Shown: in pieces, positions 44,601 to 55,245 of the stretch
Layout: the number at the start of each line of letters is the position of its first letter
How positions within the stretch are numbered: position 1 is the stretch's first letter
Assembly (NCBI GenBank): GCA_039818205.1
Contig: JBCBUK010000007.1
Location: 64,001-128,000, forward strand
Reading direction: 5' to 3'
From: Verrucomicrobiota bacterium
Lineage (GTDB): Bacteria; Verrucomicrobiota; Verrucomicrobiia; Opitutales; Cerasicoccaceae
Length of the DNA: 64,000 nucleotides
Program-made: the position numbers and the translations under genes
The notes under the pieces: model-generated
What the model was told of the DNA's origin: nothing
Databases searched by the model: none
Seen by the model: the letters and a program-made list of their open reading frames with translations, nothing else

Positions 44601-45239
44601 TGGACGATGAGCGACTATGATTCCACCAACGGCATTATTGGCGATTCAAGCCCCAAAGCCTATCACGCAACAACCCAAGGAGATATTACCGTTGTTGACG
44701 ACACCCGAGGAGCGGTTGCCTACTTGGACGGTTCTGGCGACTACATCGACACTCATATCACCAAGGAATTCACTGAGTTGACCTTTGCCTCGTGGGTGAA
44801 AGTGCCAAACACGGTCCAACACACGATTATCGGCGACACGATCAGCCTAGACAAAGTGTTCTACATAAAGAACGGGTTGCTACACCTTGCTCTTGGCGGT
44901 TGGAATGATGGACAAGATGCAATCAGGGGTATCGGATTTACTGGGACAATTCCCGTTGATGAGTGGGTGCACCTTGCAGTCACATGGCATCACCAGAACG
45001 GATTCACTTCCTACGTAAACGGTGAAGTTGTTGACACTGCGGCAACGACAAAAACCAGCATCAAGTTCGACGACATGGTAATTGGGGTTCGCCGCCCGCC
45101 TTATCCTCACAATTGGTTTGAAGGCCATATCGACGACGTCGGAATCTGGAGCAAAGAGCTGACAACCGATCAGATCAAATTGCTTGCCCAAGATGCGCTC
45201 TTCATCGACCCGACATACTCATTCATGGACCTGCGCTAA
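41613..45239 (+). CDS. Secreted pectate-lyase-superfamily (GH55-like double beta-helix) protein with two C-terminal LamG domains
   Basis: AAGDGSTDDTDALQDA, IYLPEGDY, second DIQAAI...VYIPAGIY; two FDGVNDY/LDGSGDY...TFA.WVK...W.H.A.TW...DD.GIW modules. Confidence 0.85.
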   Translation: MIKCFFIVTFVTSLIMTANASASQELPRLNWPTDSSDTTNPTPITDSWLNVKTDLTGLGYSANAAGDGSTDDTDALQDAFSELFQDTRNSTDEVRVIYLPEGDYIIKDTIEVNFPNAGKDAGNVIVGTGRGTKLIWDGAAGEPMIVFNGLKRSRIVGIDFVAKTATGNAAGVGIDHRPVSPQYQTHVTHEHLGFSHFSIAGIRGGYNTLKNTSEVRIVNCLFKYCQKGISLLTANYYNYSINKCEFISCPTGIYAEKGNIYLRNSHFENSTERDIYIRPQSHSIRRCTSVGSKMFIDTGVGVSNSLSFVVEDCIISGWTGGNDDEAIRAVDRGPITLLNTQFINGPVSGNPPVLLASPTYTQTCLFSNCIPATQAALIDSGVHGSVTEIPAGERDGLVPSENYSGFQSEVYLPDAVIHVVDDHAGDIQAAINEAIAADEMSVVYIPAGIYNISSTININGGNFYMLGDGFSTILKWTGTNGPTIEIVDPENLTIQGMLLQENANDYQIVQTSNNAVPSYARYIDVHCRTRSELLNMQLKDLPREATVHVENVIAKLDVDGSSEAKIFGDFNHGGIFVSGATPKTGFLGVDLQNVALSPYGSLAITLPDYAVSVEDNQNLTIGNLYVEQTLKHIELVGDTGSLPPGTVLTPGEVTIFGTKAHSFIYNSVDINNYNGELFYGMGSYLCHDNYDGDGQVYDSNYEITHSGTEPFDIIFAGTSFLYEPPVFIENGSGMSQTLIGNIVPLFNTNQTGNNNIPNSTVADTGSASAATAGFDRIALLGEYDLYRGSDISRLAIWNMQQAVGGEIFDASGKDNHGTIVNETAIVNDDEMGLVAEFDGVNDYITTSINRTFEELTFAAWVKAPNDEANFILNDSANDLIVFKTHSNGKVYLLLGGQKHNENGIISLTSIPHNEWAHIAATWHHEEGFRVYINGVLDRSGNTNIDEIAFTDILIGKRNNTFHSIYEGRMDDLGIWDRALSGSEIEGIYEASNQFGFWTMSDYDSTNGIIGDSSPKAYHATTQGDITVVDDTRGAVAYLDGSGDYIDTHITKEFTELTFASWVKVPNTVQHTIIGDTISLDKVFYIKNGLLHLALGGWNDGQDAIRGIGFTGTIPVDEWVHLAVTWHHQNGFTSYVNGEVVDTAATTKTSIKFDDMVIGVRRPPYPHNWFEGHIDDVGIWSKELTTDQIKLLAQDALFIDPTYSFMDLR

Positions 45240-45265
45240 CGCATAGGTATGCTATTCAGTTAACG

Positions 45266-45303
45266 ATGCGCCGGATTCCGCGGGGAATCCGGCGCATTTT
45301 TTT
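45266..45303 (+). terminator. Rho-independent terminator
   Basis: ATGCGCCGGATTCC-GCGG-GGAATCCGGCGCAT followed by a T run. Confidence 0.9.
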
Positions 45304-45409
45304 GGTTCCAAGGTTCCCAATCAAAACTTACCAATTCGGACAGCGACATTCTCTGGTTCGCAGTCTAATGAATCCCCTTCAGCCTAAAAACCGACATTCC
45401 ACTTAGAAA

Positions 45410-45805
45410 ATGACGACACCACCGATAACCCGAATCGCAATGTATGTCCGGGACATGGAGAAGGTATCTGCGTTCTATGCGCGGCATTTCGGCTTCCAAG
45501 AACTCGGCCCAAAAGCAGAAGGAAAGATAACCTTAACCCAAGGCACTGGTGGCTGTTCAATCGTCTTGCTCCAAGCGAGCAAAGGACACAAGGCAGGACA
45601 GTCCATTGTAAAGCTGGTTTTCGATGTAGAAGATGTACCAGCGTTCAAAGAGGAGAAACAAAAAGAAGGCCTAGAATTTGGAGTTATTCATAAAGGTCCA
45701 GGATACGAATTCTCCAATGCACGAGACCCGGCAAAAAATTTGATCCAGATATCTAGCAGCTATTTGATGGACGATGCCGAATCAGTCGAATCCACCGAAG
45801 CCTAG
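45410..45805 (+). CDS. VOC/glyoxalase-family protein
   Basis: IAMYVRDMEKVSAFY..HFGF...KLVFDVEDV...RDPAKNLIQI. Confidence 0.85.
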   Translation: MTTPPITRIAMYVRDMEKVSAFYARHFGFQELGPKAEGKITLTQGTGGCSIVLLQASKGHKAGQSIVKLVFDVEDVPAFKEEKQKEGLEFGVIHKGPGYEFSNARDPAKNLIQISSSYLMDDAESVESTEA

Positions 45806-45931
45806 GTCTCCCGTAAGGCACTGGAATGCAAAAGAAATCTGCCATTCGAAATCAAATTTTTCCGTCACACCAAACCGATGTACTCATTTTAGACTTTAAG
45901 AATTCATCTATTTACGGATATAAGCGACGCC

Positions 45932-46963
45932 ATGATTCATTTTAAAACCCTATCACCCTTGGCTATTTTTTTTGCGGTCTCGGCCGCCAGCATAGCCACC
46001 GCAAGCACGGCCGACTATCCAGAAGGCATGTATGCAGAAATTGAGACCTCGAAGGGCCTGATCGTCACCGAACTCGAATTCGAGAAAACACCATTAACGG
46101 TAGCGAACTTTGTCGGTTTGGCGGAAGGCACAAAGTCGTCCAACAAACCAGCTGGCGAGCCCTTCTACGACGGACTCACCTTTCACCGAGTGATTCCGAA
46201 TTTCATGATCCAGGGTGGTGATCCACAGGGCAACGGAATGGGCGGCCCGGGTTACAAGTTCGAAGATGAGATTGTCCCAAGCCTCAAACACTCCGGACCG
46301 GGCATTCTCTCAATGGCAAATTCGGGTCCCGCAACTAACGGTAGCCAATTTTTCATTACCCATAACGCAACCTCTTGGCTCGACGGCAAACACACCGTCT
46401 TCGGCAAAGTGATCGAGGGCCAGGATGTCGTCGATGCAATCGAGCAAGGCGACAATATTGAGACGGTGAAGATCGTTCGCGTTGGTGATGACGCAAAATC
46501 GTTCAAGACCGATCAAGCAGCTTTCGAAAAACTGGCTAATGCGATCGTCCAAGAGAAGAAGAAGGCAGCGGAAGAAGCAGCGAAAAAAGCCGAAGCTGAA
46601 ATTAACGAGAAGTGGCCAGACCTTGTAAAAACGGAATCCGGCCTCCGCTACAAAGTTCTTCGGGAACCTGAGAACAATGACAAGCCAGCGCGTGGAGCGA
46701 CAGTTTCTGCCCACTACAAGGGCACGCTCGTAAATGGGAAACTATTCGATAGCTCCTACGACCGTGGTCAGCCTATTCAATTTCCAGTGGGCACGGGTCG
46801 CGTAATCCCAGGATGGGACGAAGCGTTGATGGATATGAGCAAGGGCGAGAAGCGCTTACTGGTGATTCCGCCGAACCTGGCTTATGGACCGCGCGGTCGC
46901 CCTCCGGTAATTCCGCCAAGCGCCACCTTAGTCTTCGAAGTTGAGTTGATCGACTTCAAATAG
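45932..46963 (+). CDS. Exported dual cyclophilin-FKBP peptidyl-prolyl isomerase
   Basis: [33 protein letters not shown] (cyclophilin); [29 protein letters not shown] (FKBP). Confidence 0.95.
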   Translation: MIHFKTLSPLAIFFAVSAASIATASTADYPEGMYAEIETSKGLIVTELEFEKTPLTVANFVGLAEGTKSSNKPAGEPFYDGLTFHRVIPNFMIQGGDPQGNGMGGPGYKFEDEIVPSLKHSGPGILSMANSGPATNGSQFFITHNATSWLDGKHTVFGKVIEGQDVVDAIEQGDNIETVKIVRVGDDAKSFKTDQAAFEKLANAIVQEKKKAAEEAAKKAEAEINEKWPDLVKTESGLRYKVLREPENNDKPARGATVSAHYKGTLVNGKLFDSSYDRGQPIQFPVGTGRVIPGWDEALMDMSKGEKRLLVIPPNLAYGPRGRPPVIPPSATLVFEVELIDFK

Positions 46964-46979
46964 CCGCCGACCAAGTTTC

Positions 46980-47009
46980 CGGGTTCCCTTTCGAGGGAAC
47001 CCGCTTTTT
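46980..47009 (+). terminator. Rho-independent terminator
   Basis: CGGGTTCCCT-TTCG-AGGGAACCCG-CTTTTT. Confidence 0.85.
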
Positions 47010-47101
47010 ATTCCGATCGCCTTTTCGGTGATAGCTCGATGACAACCGCCGCAGGCAGAATTCCCGGAGCCGGCCCCAATATTAAGCACCTGCGCCCGGG
47101 A

Positions 47102-48304
47102 CTACTCGCCCTTGAGATTTATGTCCTTGAAAGCCTTACGGCGAGACTCGATCACTTTCTTGATCGACTCACTATCGATTGCATCAGGGTGTTCAGCCAA
47201 AGCCTTGATATCACTGCCAAGTTCGGCCGTCTTTGTGGCAAATTCCTCTTCGGGTTCCGGTTCCGGGATTGATTCTTCCGGCACTAGTTCTTGAGGCGCT
47301 TGAATATCCTCCGCAGAATTCTCCTGGGGAATTGAAATTCGAGACTGAGAAACGGTCATTGAGGAAGTACCTGCAGCCTCCAAAGGCTCAACTTCCTGAC
47401 GCTGACTTTTTTTCGCATTCATCCGCATAAAGACGAAAGCAATCAAGCCCATTCCAATGCCAATGCCTAAAGCTACGGATGCAGCGAGCACAATTAAGGA
47501 CTCGCTACCGTTAGCACTTGAGCTTCCACCGCCAGTCTCTGGCGCCGAAGTAGACGGGAACACGACCGGATTCTCGGCAACCGGTTGGCCCTCAGCAGAC
47601 GCAGGCTGCGTTGCTGCCTGAGTCTTCGTAACCGGAACATCCATGACTTGGTCCGACAGGCCAAACGCAACATCGCGTTTGATGTCTTCTTCGGGCTGCC
47701 AAGGGTCGATAGTCGGGTAGCGCGACGGGTCACGAGCATCCTCCCAAAATTCGGCGCGGTAGGCTGTTCCCCCACGATGCGCGTCATCGAAATGATGGGT
47801 CAATAATACAGGAAACGCTTTGCGAGAATCCTCATACATTGCGTCATACCACCACGTGATTCCATAACGCTTTCCAGCCAAGATCGGCACCTCTGACGAC
47901 AGCGTGAACACTGCGTTGGTCTTTCCGCTATAGCTAACGCCACTCAAGGGAAACTCCTCCCGATGCAACACTGTCGCGTTCGAACCATTCAATTGAACGA
48001 TGGCCAAGTCGATCATCGGCGCATTGGCACCAGTCGCAAACTTTACCGGAGTCTTTGCGTCGATCCCCAGGACAATTGTGCGCAGATCGAAATCCCGCAT
48101 CGAAGTAAAAGACTGACCTTTGATCGCCTGCAAACCGCGATCCCAGACCACACTTGCGCTGCGTTCAAAGCCTTTGGAGAAATCCAAGGTGCTGATATTG
48201 TATTCATCACCAAACGGATCCTCTTTGGTAAAGGTCAGCGACCCGGCTACCAAACAATGTGTAGCGATGAAAAGAAGCAGAAACGGGGCAGTTCGGATGT
48301 TCAT
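47102..48304 (-). CDS. Single-pass membrane protein: exported unknown domain, P/S/T linker, TM, acidic cytoplasmic tail
   Basis: Signal peptide from ATG 48304; N-terminal domain similar to the N-terminus of sulfatase 14747..18193. Confidence 0.75.
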   Translation of the reverse strand: MNIRTAPFLLLFIATHCLVAGSLTFTKEDPFGDEYNISTLDFSKGFERSASVVWDRGLQAIKGQSFTSMRDFDLRTIVLGIDAKTPVKFATGANAPMIDLAIVQLNGSNATVLHREEFPLSGVSYSGKTNAVFTLSSEVPILAGKRYGITWWYDAMYEDSRKAFPVLLTHHFDDAHRGGTAYRAEFWEDARDPSRYPTIDPWQPEEDIKRDVAFGLSDQVMDVPVTKTQAATQPASAEGQPVAENPVVFPSTSAPETGGGSSSANGSESLIVLAASVALGIGIGMGLIAFVFMRMNAKKSQRQEVEPLEAAGTSSMTVSQSRISIPQENSAEDIQAPQELVPEESIPEPEPEEEFATKTAELGSDIKALAEHPDAIDSESIKKVIESRRKAFKDINLKGE

Positions 48305-48568
48305 TTTAGGGAATTGATTATCAATAAGACACGACTGTTTAGACACTGTTCATCGAAGTTGCGGGTCGCAGGTCATTCAACGCCAGGAATGTCCAACTAA
48401 TCTATCGACCACGAGCCCATCAACCTAAGCATAGATCAGACCAATTAGTTCCTAAAAATACAAACTTTTCCCATCAAAGATAGGTCCTATACCTTATTTT
48501 CAGAGAAACAAAGCGATTTGGAAGAGAAAAAATCAGCCGTAGTGAGAGCATTTGGTCGATACCCGCTC

Positions 48569-50377
48569 CTATTTCGGCACGACATCGATGTAGTAAGCCC
48601 CGCGGTCAACGTTCTGGCTATCAACAAAATTTGAGAGGACACGGTAGAGTCCCGTGCCTAACTCTACAATAAACGAAATGAAGGCTGAATCGTCCTCAAC
48701 CTCGGATTCCGCCACAAAGACAATTTCGCGGTTTTGGACGTTTTCGACCGAGAGCCTGGCCGTCCGAATATCCAACCGAATGCCAGGCTCAAAGTCCGAA
48801 ACAAACGGTACGCCCGTTCGCCCCGGGATTCCCGCACGGATGGGTTGATCAATCTCTTTCGGCCAGCGTCGAAGGCGGAACTCAAACAGGCCTGCTCGTT
48901 CCACTTCAACCAAAAGGAAACCATTGTGGACTTCGCCCGCTCGGCAATGGAACTGCGCGTAGATACCGTCCCGTTCAGTGATGCTGTGCCAAGCATGGGC
49001 GGTCATGGTGACAGGCTCATCGCTCAAATAAAATGGCCAGATTTGGTCAAACGTCTGGCCGATATCAAACCACCACCGTTCGTAAACATCTTTGAGCGCT
49101 TCAACGATGTCGGGCCGCGCATTCAATAGATTGTTACGTTGGCCGGGATCGTTCTGGCTATTGGTTAGTTCTAGCGCCCCTTCGCCCCACTCGGTGCTTT
49201 GGGCCAAACGCCAATCCTCAGTCAGCACTTCGAAGTCTTTGTATTTTACCGGGTTGTCCTTTTGTTGGTTGTGGACAACAAGGCTGCGACCGCTCTCGTA
49301 AGCCGATTCATCACCGCGTAAAACACCCGCGAGCGACCAACCATCAAACTCCGGACCAGAGGCCCCCGAATCAACCGTAGACGGATCGATTTCGCAGAGG
49401 TCGAGCAGGGTTGGCAACAAATCGATATGCGCCGTCAAACGGTCAACATCCTGTTGGACGCCCAGGTTGCCCTCGGGCCAACGAATCAAACAGAGATTGC
49501 GATGGCCACCGTCATAGGCCCAACACTTTTTCCCGCGCATACCCGCATTGTAACCCGCGGTTACGTGCCCGGCCTCATCCAAGCTTGCGCCCATATCGGT
49601 TCCGTTATCGCCCATAAACAGAACGATCGTATTGTCAGCAATCCCTTTGGCCTGAAGAAATCGATCCAAACGCCCGAAGTTCTCATCGATGTTCGTGATC
49701 ATGCCGAAGAAATTCGCCCGGGCTGGCGGGAGTCCCGCCTCTAGGTATTGGCGGGTATATTTCTCATGGACGTCGTGTGGCCAATGCGGAGCATTTGTCG
49801 CTAAATAACAAAAGAACGGTTGATGCGGGTTTGCCCTAGTCTGCCGATCAATGAATCCGATCGTTTCGTCAAACCAAACGTCTGTGCAATAGCGATCGTT
49901 AAATTGCTCGGGCTGACCATTGCGCATAAAGGTCGCATTAAAGTAGTCGTTGTCCCAGTAGTCAGGCATTTCACCGATGACTCCACCGCCATGGTAAAGG
50001 GCTTCATCGAAGCCGCGGTCCTGAGGCAGATAGCGAGTCGAATCACCCATGTGCCACTTCCCAAACATGCCCGTCCGGTAGCCCGCTGATCGAAAAAAAT
50101 CAGCCATCGTTGGCAGGTCTCGGTTCAGAAAGTAGCGCCCAGAAAGCGTACTCCAAACGCCGGCTTTGGCAGAGTATTTTCCGGTCAGCAATGCGGCCCG
50201 GCTCGGCGCACACATCGGGTCGAGGTGAAAGTCGTGCATGCGCACACTTTGCGCGTACAACTCATCGAGATGGGGTGTCTTTAACCAGGGATTGCCGGTG
50301 CAGCCAAAGTCGCCGTAGCCTTGGTCATCGGTGAGGATCAACAAGACATTGGGTCGGGGTTTGGAACGATCCGCCAT
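48569..50377 (-). CDS. Arylsulfatase (Cys-type S1), no obvious signal peptide
   Basis: [27 protein letters not shown]. Confidence 0.93.
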   Translation of the reverse strand: MADRSKPRPNVLLILTDDQGYGDFGCTGNPWLKTPHLDELYAQSVRMHDFHLDPMCAPSRAALLTGKYSAKAGVWSTLSGRYFLNRDLPTMADFFRSAGYRTGMFGKWHMGDSTRYLPQDRGFDEALYHGGGVIGEMPDYWDNDYFNATFMRNGQPEQFNDRYCTDVWFDETIGFIDRQTRANPHQPFFCYLATNAPHWPHDVHEKYTRQYLEAGLPPARANFFGMITNIDENFGRLDRFLQAKGIADNTIVLFMGDNGTDMGASLDEAGHVTAGYNAGMRGKKCWAYDGGHRNLCLIRWPEGNLGVQQDVDRLTAHIDLLPTLLDLCEIDPSTVDSGASGPEFDGWSLAGVLRGDESAYESGRSLVVHNQQKDNPVKYKDFEVLTEDWRLAQSTEWGEGALELTNSQNDPGQRNNLLNARPDIVEALKDVYERWWFDIGQTFDQIWPFYLSDEPVTMTAHAWHSITERDGIYAQFHCRAGEVHNGFLLVEVERAGLFEFRLRRWPKEIDQPIRAGIPGRTGVPFVSDFEPGIRLDIRTARLSVENVQNREIVFVAESEVEDDSAFISFIVELGTGLYRVLSNFVDSQNVDRGAYYIDVVPK

Positions 50378-50393
50378 AAGCGTCCGAGTTCGA

Positions 50394-51788
50394 TTAATCA
50401 GCGGGCACGATCCGAATCAACTGATCCGGCGAATTGACCACCAGGTAAATGGCTCCGTCGGGCCCAGAAACGACATCGCGAATGCGTCCATGATCCTCGA
50501 GGACGATGGTATCCGATTTAACTTCGCCATCTTCGATCTCGAGCAAATGTAACTCCTCCTGACGCAATGAACCGACGAGCAAGTGATTCTTCCAACTGCT
50601 AAACGCATAGCCCTGGTAAAAATCAATTCCACTCACCGCAATCGACGGCGTCCAATAGTGCTTCGGTTGCTCCATACCCGGACGCTCAGTCTCACTCGTG
50701 ATGGGCGTACCATTGTAGTTCATCCCGTAGGTAATTACCGGCCAACCGTAGTTCTTTCCGCGCTCAATCAGATTGATCTCGTCTCCACCTCGTGGGCCAT
50801 GCTCGGACTCCCAAAGCTCGTTAGTTACCGGGTGCATCGCCAAGCCCTGTGCATTGCGGTTGCCATAGCTCCAAACCGTGGGGAACCCATCATCGCGGAA
50901 CGGATTATCCATGGGAATAGAACCGTCGGTGTTAATCCGATGGATCTTACCATTGGGACGGTTGATGTCCTGGGCTTCGTTCTGGCGGCCGCGATCACCT
51001 ATGCTGAAGAACAAGTGCCCCTCACCGTCGAAAACGATCTGCGTTCCAAAATGCTGACCCGTTGGTGAGTAAAATTTCTCGGGTGCCTCAAAAAGCGTCT
51101 CTTCTTCCCGCCATTCGTTACCTTCAACCTTCCCCCGAACAACCTTGGTTAAGCCGACTTCCTCGCCCTTGCGCTTTTGCTTATCGCTAAAGCCCAAATA
51201 AATCCATCCGTTGCTCGCGTAGTCCGGATCCACGGCGACCTCGAGCATGCCCCCCTGCCCTTTCGCAAACACTTCGGGCGTACCAACAATCGGTTTGTTT
51301 ACGGTGCCATCGGCCTCGACAATGCGAACGGTGCCCGGGCGCTCCGTCACAATATAGCGTCCGTCCGGAAGAAAATCGACACCCCAAGGAATTTTGAAAC
51401 CGCTGGCAACGGTCTCCACTCGAAACTTTTCTCCAGCGACGTTGAATACCCCCGTGGACTCCTCCGGTTTCGGTGGTGGTGCCGCGAGGGCGGCTTTTTC
51501 CTTTTCGCGGATGAAGATAACCAAAGCCCGAATCTCGGCGTCAGAAAGCACGCCCTCGAATCCAGGCATGCCTAACTCTGGTTGCCCTTTCTTCAACACC
51601 TTGGTAAGGAATTCACGGCTTCCGTCACCGCGCCATTGGCCATCGACCAAGGAGGCCCCGATCCCGCCTTTCAAATCAGCCCCGTGGCAGATCTTACAGT
51701 GCTGGTCATAGAGCTCACCAACCTTGGCACCAAATGCCGTAGAAACCACGAGAGACAACGAGATCGAGCATAGCCATTTATTAAGCAT
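50394..51788 (-). CDS. PQQ-dependent glucose/sorbosone dehydrogenase-family protein with N-terminal cytochrome c
   Basis: Signal peptide; [39 protein letters not shown]. Confidence 0.92.
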   Translation of the reverse strand: MLNKWLCSISLSLVVSTAFGAKVGELYDQHCKICHGADLKGGIGASLVDGQWRGDGSREFLTKVLKKGQPELGMPGFEGVLSDAEIRALVIFIREKEKAALAAPPPKPEESTGVFNVAGEKFRVETVASGFKIPWGVDFLPDGRYIVTERPGTVRIVEADGTVNKPIVGTPEVFAKGQGGMLEVAVDPDYASNGWIYLGFSDKQKRKGEEVGLTKVVRGKVEGNEWREEETLFEAPEKFYSPTGQHFGTQIVFDGEGHLFFSIGDRGRQNEAQDINRPNGKIHRINTDGSIPMDNPFRDDGFPTVWSYGNRNAQGLAMHPVTNELWESEHGPRGGDEINLIERGKNYGWPVITYGMNYNGTPITSETERPGMEQPKHYWTPSIAVSGIDFYQGYAFSSWKNHLLVGSLRQEELHLLEIEDGEVKSDTIVLEDHGRIRDVVSGPDGAIYLVVNSPDQLIRIVPAD

Positions 51789-51877
51789 AATATTTTGTAT
51801 AGTAAAAATTCACCGAACAGCAACCTTGCGTTGAGAATACCATCGCCAGGTTAGCGCAAGCGACCAAACTTGGAATT

Positions 51878-53449
51878 GTGAAAACCGCTGAATCCGCACA
51901 AGAGTTTCTCACCTTCGCCGCCGACTTCCAACTGGGTGGGTTGACAACTGAGCAGCCGCATCCAATCACCGCCCAGCTCTCCGAAGCGTGTATCGACGAC
52001 CTCCCGCAGGCAATCCAGTTGCTCAAACAAGTCGACATCGATGCTTTTGCCCAACTTTCGACCAAGATGGAGCCAGCAGAGCAGCTCGTCTCCGAGATCC
52101 GGACTTGCTGGGCCAACGGTGGTCGAGTGTTCCTCGCAGGTTGCGGGGCCACTGGGCGTCTATCGCTTGCCCTTGAGGTCTTCTGTCGAGATGGATTGGT
52201 CCCGATCGAGCTCCAAGAAAACGTAATCGGATTCATGGCTGGCGGGGATGCGGCATTGATTCGTTCCATCGAGGGTTTTGAAGACTTTCCAGAATACGGA
52301 GCCCAGCAATTAAAGGAACTAGACTTTCGACCAGTTGATCTGCTCATTGCATCGACCGAAGGCGGCGAGACGCCCTGGGTCATTGGAGCGACCCTAGCCG
52401 CAGCCGAAATTAGCCAGCAGTCGCCCTGGTTTTGCTACTGCAATCCCGATGATGAGCTCCACCAGAAGGTGGAACGTTCGCGCCGCGTATTGGACAACCC
52501 TGGCATCAATAAATGGAACCTTGCGGTTGGCCCAATGGGAATCGCCGGAAGCACGCGCATGCAGGCTAGTACCGTTCTACAATATGCCATCGGGCTCGCC
52601 CTCGAATCTGCCGGACAAACCACGTATCAACCAATGAGCATTAGGCAACGAGTCGTAGACTTCGCCTCGACCCTTAGCGGTAGTGATTGGAAATTTCTGG
52701 CAGAGTTCATTGAGCGCGAAAGTGAAATCTATGAGCAGGACGACCACGTGCTTTACGTGACGGATGAGCTCGGTGTAAGCGTGTTGACCGATACCACCGA
52801 ACGCTCACCAACCTTCTCGCTTCCGATCTTTGAGAACTATCAGCAGGGTTCGACGAATGACCCACGCAGTCTTTGCTATCTCTGCCTGCCCAACGAACCA
52901 GCGTCTCACCTCGCGTGGAAACGTCTACTCCGCCGCGAGCCCCGCTGCCTCGACTGGCCCGCGGATCTTCCCGTCACCAGATTGCAACAACTCATCGGCT
53001 ATGACATTAGTTCGCAGGCTGCGCACAATCGCGCCGTCTCGTGCGGTGAAGCCAGACATCATTGTTTTGCCATCGACGTCGTCGATGACGCCATCGTCTG
53101 GAGTCTGGGCCGCCTTGCTGCCGAGGCCGTTCCCTCCAAACTCCCTTTCTTGGAATCGCAAATGCTGCTTAAAATGTTACTCAACACCCATTCGACGATT
53201 CTGATGGGACGCATGGGTCGCTACGAAGGCAACCTGATGACTTACGTCAAACCGAGTAACAATAAGCTCATTGATCGGGCGATTCGCTACATTCGAATGC
53301 TCTTCGAGCGTAAAACCGGAACAACTATCGACTACGATGCTGTCTGCCATGAATTGTTCCGACAACGCGAATTGCTGGCACCCGCTGAGCCAATTGTGTT
53401 GAAGACGCTCGAGCAATTTCTGCCGAAAAAGCCCATTGACGCTGGTTGA
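51878..53449 (+). CDS. SIS-domain protein related to MurQ etherase / glucokinase regulatory protein
   Basis: LTTEQPHP, GCGATGRL, MAGGD.AL, EGFED, GSTRMQA, LLNTHST..MGR, SNNKLIDRA. Confidence 0.75.
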   Translation: MKTAESAQEFLTFAADFQLGGLTTEQPHPITAQLSEACIDDLPQAIQLLKQVDIDAFAQLSTKMEPAEQLVSEIRTCWANGGRVFLAGCGATGRLSLALEVFCRDGLVPIELQENVIGFMAGGDAALIRSIEGFEDFPEYGAQQLKELDFRPVDLLIASTEGGETPWVIGATLAAAEISQQSPWFCYCNPDDELHQKVERSRRVLDNPGINKWNLAVGPMGIAGSTRMQASTVLQYAIGLALESAGQTTYQPMSIRQRVVDFASTLSGSDWKFLAEFIERESEIYEQDDHVLYVTDELGVSVLTDTTERSPTFSLPIFENYQQGSTNDPRSLCYLCLPNEPASHLAWKRLLRREPRCLDWPADLPVTRLQQLIGYDISSQAAHNRAVSCGEARHHCFAIDVVDDAIVWSLGRLAAEAVPSKLPFLESQMLLKMLLNTHSTILMGRMGRYEGNLMTYVKPSNNKLIDRAIRYIRMLFERKTGTTIDYDAVCHELFRQRELLAPAEPIVLKTLEQFLPKKPIDAG

Positions 53450-53477
53450 TACGCAAGACAGAACCGAACGACCTACC

Positions 53478-55178
53478 ATGCAGCTCATACCAGAACCCAA
53501 AAAAGTTAAGTCAACCGCCGGAAACTGCCCGATCGATATCGAGGCACAGATCCTAATTGGCGAAGGCGACCTTCCCAGCGAAGGCTATCAGCTGACGATA
53601 AGCCCGGACGCGATCACCATCGAAGCACGCGATCCGGCAGGCGCTTTTTATGGCACCCAAACCCTCGAACAACTGCGCGAGCTAAGCGACGGAACCCAAC
53701 TGGATTGCCAGAAGATTTCCGACCATCCGGATTTCCCAGTTCGCGGCTACATGCTCGATATCTCGAGGGATCGCGTCCCCACCATGGATCACCTCAGGCG
53801 ACTGATCGATATGTTGGCCAAGCTTCGCTACAACCAGTTGCAACTCTACACCGAGCATACCTTTGCTTACGCTGGCCACGAAACGGTTTGGGGCATGGCC
53901 TCACCCATGACGGCCGATGAGATTGAGTCCCTCGACGCCTATTGCCAGGAACGGCATATCGAGCTCGTCGCGAATCAAAACTCCTTTGGCCACATGGAAC
54001 GCTGGCTCAAGCACCCGGAATACCAGCACCTAGCCGAGTGTCCTGATGGCTTCGACCACCCCAGTGGCGAGCGCCGCACGGCTGGGAGCGTCCTGCGCCC
54101 CAACGAGCAGAGCCTACAGTTTCTCGGTGAGCTCTATGCGGAACTGCTCCCCCACTTTAGTAGCCACAAGATCAATATCGGAGGTGACGAGCCTTGGGAG
54201 CTTGGTCTTGGCTGGAGTGCGCCCCTTGTGGAGGTCGAAGGCAAGCATACCGTCTACGTCCGATTCCTTCGCCGGATATGTGAGCTCGCCGAACAACACG
54301 GTGCCCAGGCGCTATGCTGGGCCGACATTCTCCTGGAGCATCCGGAGTTCATCGACGAGCTGCCCAAGACGGTCACCCCCATCATTTGGGGCTATGAGCC
54401 GAATCACGCCTTCGACCGCCAATGCGAAGTATTTTCCGAAGCCGACCACCCATTCTACGTCGCACCGGGAGACTCGACCTGGAACAGCTTTACCGGCCGT
54501 TTTCGCAGCATGATCGAGAACGTGCGCTCCGCAACGCGCCACGCCCTGCGGCACAAAGCCAAGGGAGTCTTGATGACCCATTGGGGCGACAATGGACACC
54601 AGCAACCGTGGCCCACCGCATTTCCTGGTATGGTCGCCTGCGGCCTCTTTTCCTGGAACGGTGATGCGCCCAGCAACCTCGACATTAAGCGGCAAATCAA
54701 CCATCTCTTCTTTCGGGACGAAAATGATACTGCTGCCGGTATTCTGTTGGAGTTGAGCGATCTCGACCACCCCATTCCGGTAAAGCTTCCCAACCAAAGC
54801 TTCCTGTCCGCCAGTGTTCGCATGAATCCGCCTGAACTAAAAGCGAAACTAGAAGACTGCCCAGACACTCCGCTGAACGATCTCATTACGCAAACCTGGG
54901 AATGGGAAGCGGCCCTGAGTAAGTGCAAGCTTGAGGCTCCCGACGCGCCTTGGCTTATCGAGGAGCTTAGTTGGATGATTGCGATGAGCCGGTGGGCCGC
55001 GCAGCGCTGTCTTGCAATCAAGACCGCGCCCTCGATCGAAAACTTCTCGTTGTCTTCGTCTTTGAAGTCCGACTTGAGCCACCTAATCGGAGTATTCGAA
55101 ACTACCTGGGTGTGCCGGAGCCGGGTTGGCGGTCTCGTTGAAAGCTCCGGGAGACTCCGCACACTCCTCGCTGAATAG
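53478..55178 (+). CDS. GH20 beta-N-acetylhexosaminidase
   Basis: DHPDFPVRGYMLDISR, NSFGHM, NIGGDEP catalytic DE pair; start ATG 53478. Confidence 0.88.
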   Translation: MQLIPEPKKVKSTAGNCPIDIEAQILIGEGDLPSEGYQLTISPDAITIEARDPAGAFYGTQTLEQLRELSDGTQLDCQKISDHPDFPVRGYMLDISRDRVPTMDHLRRLIDMLAKLRYNQLQLYTEHTFAYAGHETVWGMASPMTADEIESLDAYCQERHIELVANQNSFGHMERWLKHPEYQHLAECPDGFDHPSGERRTAGSVLRPNEQSLQFLGELYAELLPHFSSHKINIGGDEPWELGLGWSAPLVEVEGKHTVYVRFLRRICELAEQHGAQALCWADILLEHPEFIDELPKTVTPIIWGYEPNHAFDRQCEVFSEADHPFYVAPGDSTWNSFTGRFRSMIENVRSATRHALRHKAKGVLMTHWGDNGHQQPWPTAFPGMVACGLFSWNGDAPSNLDIKRQINHLFFRDENDTAAGILLELSDLDHPIPVKLPNQSFLSASVRMNPPELKAKLEDCPDTPLNDLITQTWEWEAALSKCKLEAPDAPWLIEELSWMIAMSRWAAQRCLAIKTAPSIENFSLSSSLKSDLSHLIGVFETTWVCRSRVGGLVESSGRLRTLLAE

Positions 55179-55245
55179 ACGAGACAGGAATTCCCGAGCC
55201 GATTTGCTGAACTCTACAATTGACGCCTTCCCGCGGCTCACGAGC

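Noticed and set aside
45300..45930. Distal att of the second tandem element
   Set aside because: Only a TTAGAAAA 8-mer near 45403 matches; too short to support a boundary
50394..51788. Cytochrome c-PQQ dehydrogenase fusion as a novelty
   Set aside because: This architecture is already familiar in the glucose/sorbosone dehydrogenase family
54455..55162. 235-aa minus-strand ORF and similar overlaps (17730..18395, 51781..52383, 19564..20187)
   Set aside because: Alternate-frame or antisense shadows of well-supported genes
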